DNA of 64,000 bases. Source: Eledone cirrhosa. Its lineage: Eukaryota. Below the pieces are notes generated by a model. That model made no database searches, was not told the origin of the DNA, and saw nothing but the letters and a program-made list of their open reading frames with translations. Location: positions 140,430,001 through 140,494,000 of the forward strand of contig OZ024741.1 of the NCBI GenBank assembly GCA_964016885.1, given 5' to 3'. Below are positions 52,645 to 64,000 of this stretch, one piece after another. Position 1 is the stretch's first letter. Every line of letters starts with the position of its first letter. Both the position numbers and the translations under genes were made by a program.

Positions 52645-53150
52645 CTATCATCATCAGCCGTCCTTAGGCGAAATTATAACAACACTCAAACACTCACTAT
52701 CTGCCTCCAACTAATTTCTTCGCCATTGGAATTTATCCTAGTATCCACTGAGTGAAATATTGGAAAGATCTTCATTCTTCCCCGCTACCCTGCCTGTGTC
52801 TTGATGGCGACAACAATATAAGCCTAAAATCCGCTTGGTTGCCAGCTCTGTGGCAATGGTCAGCAAAGCGTAATATCTCCCAAATCCTACCTGACAGTCG
52901 TGGCGGGATTAGTTTACATGATTTCCTCAGTTGATGTTAAAATATTCTTCCCAATAGCTTTCTTTATAATCTATCAATTTTTATTTCAAGGTTTCGTGTA
53001 ATGTACAACATTTCATAGTTGTATAGCAGAATACTTTCTACATATGAGTTGAAAAAACTAATTTTCAGTAGTCTGTCCATGCTAGACTCCCATAGTTTGT
53101 CTTTCTGAATAATTGCGGACCATGCATTAAAATCATGCTTGATTTCTGGG
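52645..53150 (-). mobile_element. RTE-clade LINE 3' fragment
   Basis: Manual translation FFNSYVESILLY..KIDRL..LLGRIF and LRFADHCHR; short (GAT)n tail. Confidence 0.65.
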
Positions 53151-53639
53151 GAATTTCCGCCTAAATAAATGACAAGTAAATGAATTTAGTTAATATCATC
53201 ATGATTCCATCTGTTGCAGATTCTGTTTTGCTAGCATTGCGATGTAAACCAACTAGATATTGTGTATGTTCAAAATAATGTGATAAATCCTCAGCTAACT
53301 GCAGTGATTCACAGAACAGTGCAGTGATTCTCCTCGGTGATACAAGTTTTGATACATAGGGGTATGACTTTTCAAAAAACCACAATAAATGATCTATAGA
53401 TTGTTTAATACGATTTAGTTTCATTTTTCTATAAATGTTTGATCCAATAGTATTAAAACTAATATCACTATGTTGTGAAACCATGGAAGCAGTAGCACAT
53501 TTCGGAAAAGGTTTAATGGCACTCCTTAACCATTATATTTGTTTGATATGTCTTGTTAAGCCTAGATTAAAAGGAGGTGTTGTGTGAATTGCGGCGATTT
53601 CCATAGATTTAATGGAATAAATCTCAATGCATGTCTATA

Positions 53640-54350
53640 TACATACATACATCCATCCATACATACATGGTGTCTGCCAACGCGTTTTCGAGTACGGCCA
53701 CTAATTTACATCCATGTAGGAGAACCCCCACCGATCCGCTGAACGAGTGTGACTTTTTAGTCCAGTCAGCGACTTGAAAACTCTGGTACAAACACTACAC
53801 CTGTGACAATTATTGACACATATTGCTGGGGCCATGGTACCATGTGGCGACAAGTGCAGAGAGATCTCCAGATATAAAGCAATGCCTGTACCGTGAAGCT
53901 TTTATAGTGAACAAAGGCACTGCACAAAGCCAGTCTCACTCTCTTAACCAAGATGATATTTACCATCAGGGTTGCAGGTGTTATATCAGAGTTTTCTTTC
54001 TCCTAGAATTCTGCCTTGACATATGTATATATGTGTATATATATATACATACATACATGGTGGCTGCCAATTCGTTTTCGAGTACGGCCACTAATTTATA
54101 TCCATGTAGGAGAACTCCTACTGATGCGCTGAACGAATGTGACTGTTTAGTCCAGCCAGCGACTTGAAAACTCTGGTACAAACACTACACTTGTGACAAT
54201 TATTGACACGGTGCTGGCCCCATGGTACCATGTGAGGACAAGTGCAGAGAGATCTCCAGATATAAAGCAATGCCTGTGCTGTGAACCTTTTATAGTGAAC
54301 AAAGGCACTGCACAAAGCCAGTCCCACTCTCTTAACCAAGATGATATTTA
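53640..54350 (-). mobile_element. Two tandem ~310-bp LINE 3'-end copies with a C2H2 finger (RTE-like)
   Basis: ~53660-53965 matches ~54050-54350; CSVCTRVFKSLAGLNSHIRSAH; (GTAT)n tails on the minus strand. Confidence 0.6.
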
Positions 54351-54417
54351 GCAAAAAGAACAAGTCAACATCATATATATATATATATACGTATGTGTAT
54401 GTATGTATGTATGTATA

Positions 54418-54491
<74 letters not shown>

Positions 54492-54493
<2 letters not shown>

Positions 54494-54823
54494 TGGGTTC
54501 TCTTCTTGCTCACATCTCACTCACGTCGGACGGTCTGTATATCTCTCTCGCTCATGAAATCCACCCACCTTAAGCTGACCGGATTTCCATGCTGCTTGTT
54601 TTTTCCTATCTTTGCGTTACAATCCTTCCCTGTTGTTTACCTTGTCTCGCTCGCTTTACGCGATTTACTTGTCCCAATAGCTTTATTTAGCTATTGCCCG
54701 CACCAACCGGAGGTAAATGATTTTTAAAGCGATGTAATACCAATGAAGGTTGGAAAATCACTGACGAGGGACTATTTTTATCATATGTAACCCATGTGCA
54801 ACCACGCAGTATTATTTCTCCTC

Positions 54824-54830
<7 letters not shown>
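54492..54830. repeat. Dispersed repeat family (also 58513-58630, 58813-59141 and inverted 60446-60510)
   Basis: Shared GTCCCAATAGCTTTATTTAGCTATTG and GGAAAATCACTGAYGARGGACTATTT..CCCATGTGCAACCACGCAGTATT. Confidence 0.8.
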
Positions 54831-54878
<48 letters not shown>

Positions 54879-54911
54879 GCATTAATTGAAAAGGTTTGGA
54901 ACGGTAAGTGT

Positions 54912-56065
54912 ATATGAATGTTCGTAAAATTAGAGTATTCTCAGAGCGAAAGGTAGCCGCGAACAGCTGGATATTATCTGCTTAGCAAACATTGTTGGGT
55001 TTAGGAGAGAGGGAAGAGAGAAGGAGAAAGAAAGTCAAAGTATGAGATGAGAAATGAGAGGATTATATAGAGAGAGAAGGGGAGAGGAGGATGGAGCCTG
55101 CCTCTCTCTCCCACTCTCTGTTCGATTTATGGTTATATCTTAACTGTTCACGGCTATCTTTCGAGCGGAGAATACACCATTTTACGAATATTCATATGCA
55201 CTCATCGTTTCAAACATTTTCAATTAATCTTATATACATAACATGAGCCAGGTCAGGCTTTCTACACCTAACGGATAGGGCGCAACAGACATGTAACTCT
55301 TTATATCTTTATCTATCTACCCCTCCTTTTGTCTCTGTCTCTCATCCTCACTCTATGAATTTTGTATCTCCTGTTTCGCCTTCCCTTGTTTTTGTTTGTA
55401 CCACTGTTACTTCCGCTTATTGCTTCTGCTGTTCCCGTTCGAATAGCAAACATACACTATATTTGTATCTCCCGCCATTGGCTCCCTTCTTATTTGCCAC
55501 TGCTTCTACTCGCCTGCTGTTGGGGATACTCCCTTTCGAAAAGAAAACAGCCTTTCTTTCGCCGATCAGGGCTTGAGGCGATAATCCCCCATTGTTCTCT
55601 CATTCCACTTTTCTAGCGTTTCAACAAAAGAGATTTGATACCTGAGGTTTGATTACTGTTGCGCGGTTAATACTTCTAGACATAGTCTATACACAGTCCT
55701 TCCCTCACGCGAGAAACTATGTTGCGCTATTATATTGCAAATTGTTCGTGGGAAGCTGACGATTCAGATAAAGCTAAGCTCCTTGTTCTTGTTAATCTAT
55801 TCTCTCCACCTTTCTATCCATAACTCCGTCTTCTCCACAAGTCCTGCTCCATCGTTTTCGTCCTTTGTTTCCTCATCTCCCCTCTTTCATTGTCTCTATA
55901 TAACCCACTCATTTCTCATCACATACTTCCACACTGTTTCTTCCACTTTCTCCCGTTCTCCGTTCGCTTTGTGGTTATATGTTAACCACCAAAATCTTTG
56001 CTATAGAAATAGTATCCAGCTGTTCACGGCTACCTTTCGCGCTGAGAATACTCAAATTTTATGAA
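54912..56065. mobile_element. MITE-like element with ~50-bp inverted repeats
   Basis: 54921-54973 is the reverse complement of 56013-56065; a third inverted copy lies at 55144-55197. Confidence 0.6.
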
Positions 56066-56281
56066 TATATATATATAGACACCGTGAAAGAAATATTGTC
56101 ATACTTTGGGATGGCCATGTTGCTAAACAAAATCAACAGCACCTATTTAGTTTCACTTCAATTTATTATTATAGTCTTCCAGTCGGTTGGTTTAATAACC
56201 GGATGATTGTTTATTTGTTGAAGTGAAACTCAACAGGTGCGTCTGTTTTTATTATTGTGAGCATGGACTTTCCAAATTATA

Positions 56282-56373
<92 letters not shown>

Positions 56374-57067
56374 GGGGGGGGGTGTATGTATGTGTGCATG
56401 TGTGTGTTTAACTGACCTCTTATGAGTCTATAACTCATATAAAATGTTTACTGCATTTCAACAATAATAGATCCATTATTTTGTTCTTTATGTTACAGCT
56501 AGCACCTAAACAGATTTTCCTAGCTTAACTTGTGATTGCTTCTTATAGGTTTCTTTCCAGTTGGATAAGTAAGGCTCCAGTCCTATCGTGAAAAGCAAGG
56601 TAAATTGAAGTGTCTTTCTCAAGAACACAACTCTCCGCCCGATCCAGAAATCACACTTACAACATTTGAATGTTTTAAATAATTTTACCCTCCGTGTTAT
56701 ATGACTGTGTTATTTGCAGTGGTGGCTATTTATGAATATTTCATTAAATCATTTACTGCTTCGTTTCATTACACATTTAATTATAAACAAAGAATTGCGT
56801 TAATAAAAATACGTATTGTTATATCAGAAGACATATATTAGTCTTTCTTCATTGCATATGAAGTGCATTGAGTGATATATTTTTGGCAATTCCAGACATA
56901 ATGAAGATACTTTATCACTAACGAATGCAATACATTTATTTATCCATCTTTTTTTACTATTCTCTGCAACACCCTTCTTGTAAACGCGGCCATACTGTTA
57001 TTCTTTCATTCTTTTACAGGTATCAATCAATAGACTGCAGCCATGTATGTATTTATACAGACACATG

Positions 57068-57174
<107 letters not shown>

Positions 57175-59136
57175 GTGTGTGTGTGTGTGTGTGTGTGCGT
57201 GTGTTTGTGTGTGTTTAGTGACACTTATTTTGCACATTTTTCATTTCTTGTAGTTTTTTTTTAAAAATATCCTTTGCATGTTTTCTGCCTATTAACTGCG
57301 CAATGACATTGTGACTACCTTTCAATCTGTACATGGCATGGAAATCCCCCTTCGTACCTCCAGATACGGATAATAAATGGATGATCTTTTCCTCACGAGA
57401 TTTCTGAGAGACCCTCGTTGTGTGTTGATTCTTTCAACATTTTCATACTCCTTCTCAGAAACGATTTCTCTTAAACCTTCTTTCTTTTTCTCCTTCAACT
57501 ATTTGATTGGTATTCTGTTGGTCATATTAATTAATATCTTATTGAACCTATGTAATATTTTCACAATGAAAACGATACATAACGGTGTGTTGAAGAGCTG
57601 TGTTACCTACCCCACAGGATAACATTTCAAATAAAAAAATGGACAAATTAAAAACAAATAGAACAGCTTACATAACCATGAATAATATGTACGTAAAGTC
57701 ATGTATATATATATATATAAACGTAGGACTTAGGAAAATTAACAAAACGAGGAAAAGGCACCGAACGAAATCAAGGTAAACCAAATAATAGCTATTAGCA
57801 TTAATGGTGGGGAGAATAGATAACACGTTCGTCACAGATTAGTAATGATAAACTTACTCAAATTAACACAAAGAGAGGACAACGAACGAAATCAAGGTAA
57901 ACCAAATATCAATTTTTTTAAGGTGCAACCTGAAAAATTTATTTTTTTTAGAATTAAAATACAAACGAAACATACCGAACTCCAGGGTCATCGGCCGTTG
58001 ATAGGGATTTTAACAGTTTTGATCTCTACCAACTTTATTGCTTGTCCTCTCAGGATGATAGCGTCTGTCACAAGTGAAAGGGCTGTCCAGTGGAAGAAGA
58101 AATAAAACAAAATATTAACTGATAGAAATTAAGCTATAACAAGTACACGTACAATTTTATGTGACGTCAGGGAGAAAATGTTTTATAGCAGGAAAGTCTC
58201 ATGAATGAAACAAAGGAAAAGAAAATAAGTAAAAGAGAGGAAGAAAAAATCAAGAAGAAAGTAAGATATCGTGTTAAAAAATGAAAATAATGTGGTGAGA
58301 AGAGATAACACGTTCGTCACAGATTACTAATGACACACTTAGAAAAATTGATATATATATATATATAGTATAAAAGAGAAAACACAGGTAAGCATTAAGA
58401 GAAGCATGTTATCCAGGTATTTACGACCGTTTCATTGGTAAGTGCTATATATATATATATATATATATTATATAATATATAATATATATATATAATATAT
58501 ATATATATAATATATGATTTTTAAAGCGATGCAATACCAGTGAAAGTTGGAAAATCACTGATGAAGGACTATTTTTATCATATGTGACCCATGTGCAACC
58601 ACGCAGTATTCATTCTTCTCATGTTTTTTATATATATTTTCCCCAGTTGCGTTTGTCTGTTTCTCTCTTACTGCTTCCCCCTTCTCTCTGTTTCTCTCCC
58701 CTTATTTCGCCCCCTCTGCAGTTACACTTTCTTTCGACTGGCCTCTTCCTCGCACTTCCACTCACTCATTCTCTGCTTCTCCCTTTCTCACTTCTTCCCG
58801 TTTGGCCTGAAGTGGGTCCTTTTTTGCTCACACCTCAATCGCGTCGTACGGTCTGTTGTCTTCGCTCATGAAATCCACACAGCTTAAGCTGATCGGACTC
58901 CCATGAGCTTGTTTTTTCCTATCTTTGCGTTGCTATCCTTCTATGTTTGTTCACTTGTCTCGCTCGCTTTACGCGATTTACTTGTCCCAATAGCTTTATT
59001 TAGCTATTGCTCGCACCAACTGGAGGTATATGATTTTTAAAACGATGAAATACCAGTGAAGGTTGGAAAATCACTGATGAAGGACTATTTCTATCATATG
59101 TAACCCATGTGCAACCACGCAGTATTCCTTAATCTC

Positions 59137-59189
<53 letters not shown>

Positions 59190-59195
<6 letters not shown>

Positions 59196-60350
59196 TTCGT
59201 TTCTGAATTTGATACTGATTGCGGATTTGGTACGGGTGATGAGAAATGTGTCCCGCATGTGCAACCCCGAAGAACTAGAGAGGCACATACAACACTTCAT
59301 CCACCATATGCAGTTCTCTGACTACAATCAGAGAGATAAAATCAGAGTGTATAGAGGAGCCAGAACCAAATGGGAAAAAATGGTATATAATGACATAAAT
59401 GGGACCTGCCCCTTGTATAGGCGCAAATTTTGGAATAGAATAGAAAGAACTAGGAAGAAGACTAATAGAATAAACTCATGGTATGATACCAATAAATACC
59501 AGAGTGTAATGTTCATCGATACAACCCCTAGAGGTGAATTAGCTTACAGATTTAGAAGGGCCCTAAATAAACATAAACTCAATATTAAGATAGTAGAAAG
59601 ACCAGGTACCTCCGTAAAAGCATTTATTAGCAAGACATACCCTTTTCAAAGACCCTCATGTATAGATAAGAAATGTATAACCTGTAAAATAAGCCCCCAT
59701 ATTAACTGTAAAACTAGAAATGTAGTGTATAGCATAAGATGTACAGAAGGACAATGTTGAGACAAAAATATAGTGTACATAGGTGAGACAGTTCGTAGTG
59801 TAGGGGAACGGATAAATGAACACTGGCGAGACCTTGAAGATAATAAAGAATCATCTGTACTCTACCAACATGCTAAAATAGAACACAAGGGTAAATTAGA
59901 GAACATAGAAATAAAAATAGAATCTACACACAGAAAAGACGCAATGTTTAGACAAATTACAGAGGCAATAAACATAAAAGAATTACAACCAAAATTAAAT
60001 AGAAAATATGAGTGGAACAGCAACATCACAACTTACAATTAAGGACAAAATGAAAACACACACACACATAGAACAAACAACCAACCACTAACATGTAAAT
60101 AAACAAATAAATAAATGAACATAAACACACAGACACCCTGGTGTGGCGCATGCGCAGACTGAGCACACAACACACAGAAACAAAATGGCGTAGGACAGAA
60201 CAAAGGAGAGGCACAGAAACAAAGAAAGGAATCCCCAGTCACTGAAGAGGTCACAGAGTATGTGACGAAAGAACTATGACTATATATAAATAACTATCTG
60301 GTTGTGGAACCAACCAACCAACCAGAATTCTATAAATTTATAAATTTATA
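59190..60350 (+). mobile_element. 5'-truncated Penelope-like element: linker, GIY-YIG and pLTR with hammerhead
   Basis: SVMFIDTTPRGELA, IKIVERPG, CxxxxCxxC..CKTRNVVYSIRC..C, YIGETVRSVGERINEH, RQITEAINI, LNRKYEW; single in-frame TGA at 59758. Confidence 0.88.
60237..60281 (+). ncRNA. Minimal type I hammerhead ribozyme in Penelope 3' region
   Basis: AGTCA-CTGAAGA-G-GTCACA(GAGTA)TGTGAC-GAAA-GAAC-TA-TGACT, ~200 bp downstream of the GIY-YIG stop. Confidence 0.8.
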
Positions 60351-60519
60351 AATATATAATAAATTGAAGTGAAAGCAACTGGTGCGTTTGTTTCTTATTG
60401 GCAACATGACCCTCCCAAAGTATAACAATATATATATATATATATAAAACATGAGATGAATGAATACTGCGTGGTTGCACATGGGTCACATATGATAAAA
60501 ATAGTCCTATATATATATA

Positions 60520-60568
<49 letters not shown>

Positions 60569-62589
60569 ATATATACGTGTGTGTATGTGTGTGAGAGAGA
60601 CAGAGTGGAGGGTGAAAGATCATTGTTAAATTGGTATGCTCTTTCTTCAAAATATCAAATGACAAATAAAGTTAGTTTTTCTTTTTTTTCTTTCTGGGAT
60701 TTGAGAAAGGTTAAAAGAACCCGTATTTGAATAAACAACGAAAATGGCATTAATATGTGCTTTGAACGTGTATTAGAAAGAGTAATATTCTGAAATGAAA
60801 TTTTAAAATAAATTCATTTATCAATCAATAACGTATTTCATATTCAACATTTATCAATCAATATCAACAAAGTTCTTCGTATTCAACATTTAACTTAAGT
60901 TTTGAGCATATCTATTCACCTGGGAAATGTGAAGAATGACAATGTTGAATTACTCAGTGGTGGCAGTGGTTGTAAGTAAACAGTATAGGAAAAGGAACGT
61001 CAACCCTTATGTGTAATTATATTTTTTGCATACAATAAATGTAAGATTCAGAATATTATCCTGATTTATTAAAACAAAATAATATCAGACGAAAAATACA
61101 GTGACGTCTGCGAATGAGTGAAACCATCATTTTGACATACTAACGTGCTTTAGAATGTTGTGTTTATGAAACAACTAGGGTATATTACGTGGGCCAGTGA
61201 CCGCTTAAATGGAGATGCAGTATTTCAGCTCTGAGAATTCAATTTAAATGGAGACTGGTGTAGAGAATTATTACTTCCTTCAAAAGTTCCCAGCTGTCGA
61301 TTGAAATTACAAACTCATCAGTTCTCATGTAAACTTCAACTATTTGAGTGAGATGCGATACATGAAAACAATAGAAAATGTTATGCTTATAATGATAACA
61401 GCAAGTTATAACGATGTGATCTGCATTAGTATGTTAGGAGATTCTCAATATAACTTTAACGTAACCAATATTTATCAGGAAATGATATGGATGCAGCTTT
61501 ACATAACCTTCTCTCAATGCATTGAATCCAAACAGTTTAGATATTACAAGCGTAAATGTTGCTGAAGATATACATTTTATCTATAAAGTTAAAAGTTCAA
61601 CAATAATATTAACATGCGCCTTTGTACATCGAATAAAATCCTTTTCATTCTGAATATCAGAGTTGATTCATAGGTTATGAATAAAGATCTTTTGAACAAT
61701 AATCAGAATTATCTTGCAGACACCTGGTAGAAGAATATGTAAAGCTATTAATTAATATATCTTCCCAAGAGGCACGAAATATATATATTTTTATGTGCAT
61801 TAAAATAACTTTTGTCATCAACAGGTCAGAATATTGGATAATTGCACGATAGATTATTGTAACAGCTGAAAGACTTCATTCTAATCCTCTCTAACAATCT
61901 AAGTCCTGTACAATAAGGAGCTTATCCATATATCATGTTCAAATATATAATGTCCTGAAAGACTTCCCATTATAGGAAAATATCAATTGATGTTCAAATC
62001 AATAGATATTGGTCCAGCTATGCCGATTTTAATTTTGTTTTATTCAGGTGATCTCTTAAAAAGTCAGATATATTAAAATGTCAGACAAACAGTGTCAAGT
62101 TAGATTAACAATTTTGTTTAGATAGTATATTGCATAAAAGAGCACGTCAGTTGTTGACAGATAAATTAACTTGACTATTTATTCTCGATGTTTTAATAAC
62201 TTATCTTCTAATGCTAATGTTTACTTTGATGTATGGATCTTTCTTGGTGGAAATATATTATATTCTTTCCTTCAAACAAGTAGCAAATATTTATCTAGTT
62301 ATGAAAAGAATAATCTTCACGAAAGAATGAACATTTAGAACGTAACTTTCAAGGAAAGTTTACGAAACAACCGTGGGCAACATTAGAATATATATATATA
62401 TATATATATGGGGGAGGGGTGTATGCATATGGATGTGTATGTGCGTGTGGATGTGGGTGTGTATATTTTACATGATTGAATGATATCCAATCCTTTACAA
62501 ATTGTGTTATATATGAAAAATGATAAAATGTGAAAAAGGCAAGTAATGAATTTATAATTTATATACATGTCATGTGTATAGTACACAAC

Positions 62590-63450
62590 GAAACAATGTT
62601 CTATTTTTGCCTGGGCATTTACAGCATATTGCTGCATCAGCCGCCTGCTCTTCATGATAATGTTACAGTCACCTTACCTAACCTGAAACCTATAACAGTT
62701 GAAATCAGTAGGTGTGAGTGTGTGGTTGTTGTCAATCCTTTTCAAACCAAACTGAAACCTATTATTGCCCCAAGGAAACAGGAGCACTTAATGCAGAGGA
62801 ACATAAAAACGGTGCAACTGATGAATCCTCTGAAGACCACCATCTCTTTTATGAATGGTGATATCCAAGAGACCTAATGCTGTATCAGGTTGTATAACAG
62901 CAATATCAGATGTCATGGGAAGATTATATGAGCGACAATGAAAATCAACATGTAGGAAATATTCACATTTTCAGAGACTGTCATTTCAATGACTGCCTTG
63001 AAGCTTCTTATATAGGTGTTGCAGTAGGTCAAGTCTTATTGCAGGTCCTGCAGGACGGCGCCATCTAAATTAGCATGATGCAAGCGATTCTGAAGCTCAT
63101 GGTCTGTATCATAGAAGTAAAGCTTCACAAACGTGGGCGAAGCATCACTTGGAAGTAGTGATCCAATAATATGAAAAATCCTACCCTGGATCTTAAATGT
63201 GGGACTAAATCCTGGTACTTTAATCTCTTCGCTACCAATTGAAGCTAAGGCAAGCAATTGTTATATGGACGTACTTATGGAGAAAAGAATTTCCTGCTTG
63301 AATGATATGGAAATATTTCAGTATATTTGATGGAGGAGAAGAAGGTTGAAGGAGTTTAGCTTTTCCCTGAAAGCAGCACAGAGATTTGGGTACATTTGGG
63401 TACGATAAACATTGCAGTGCCGACAAACAGTGGCAAATAGACACCCTGAA
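62590..63450 (-). mobile_element. Helitron Rep/helicase N-terminal fragment, decayed
   Basis: CCFQGKAKL, PTFKIQGRIFHIIGSLLP..FVKLYFYDTDHELQNR and LMQQYAVNAQAKIE match Helitron N-terminal motifs. Confidence 0.8.
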
Positions 63451-63783
63451 TTATGTTGTAGCATTATGGAAAGAACAGTTTGCTCTTGGAAAGGTTCATC
63501 TGACGGATTTTGGCGAGACCTTCAATTGGCCTGTTCCCTACTCTCTAAAAGATTGGTGTATTTGTTGCAAGTTGTTATTGGTGTGTTAACTGAATTACAT
63601 TTGTAGAAATATGTTGGGATGATGTAGAGCGATTATTGTTTGATTGATTTGCCCTCGTCTCTCTTTGTCGTTGTGCGTCTGCTACCATGCGTTGGGATTT
63701 AGATGAGAAATGTTTTCTGCGTCCTATGTTCCTTTTCTGTCATTAATGTATAAGTATATGGTATCTCTGCGTTGAAATCTTAG

Positions 63784-63840
<57 letters not shown>

Positions 63841-64000
63841 GCTGATACGGAGAAAAAAAATCTTTGAAACAAATGTATGTTTGAAATAAATGAGAAACGG
63901 AATATTATAAACGTTATGAAAGTACGATATATATGAACGTTTTTATAGTATTTGTGTGATTATACTTATACATAGAGCGTCTGATATTTCTTACATCAGG

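Overview
AT-rich, microsatellite-dense eukaryotic (metazoan, probably cephalopod/Octopus-like; inferred from composition and repeat types only) genomic DNA with no confidently intact host gene. 4.4-34.3 kb is a near-continuous array of ten non-LTR retrotransposon copies from two unrelated clades, almost every junction being a (TTA)n/(TAA)n tract. Seven are R4/Dong-like RT+REL copies (two families, all minus strand) and three are full-length Tx1/L1-like ORF1+APE-RT copies (two families, all plus strand); all are decayed. Outside the array, (TA)n-flanked segments hold about nine minimal type I hammerhead ribozyme motifs. These occur as a 466-bp retrozyme-like direct repeat, as ORF-less inverted pairs, or next to Penelope-like remnants. 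The rest holds fragments of two Penelope-like elements, RTE, CRE-like and REL LINEs, a Helitron, MITE/SINE-like repeats and a few weak candidate host exons. Boundaries were read by eye and may be off by a few bases.
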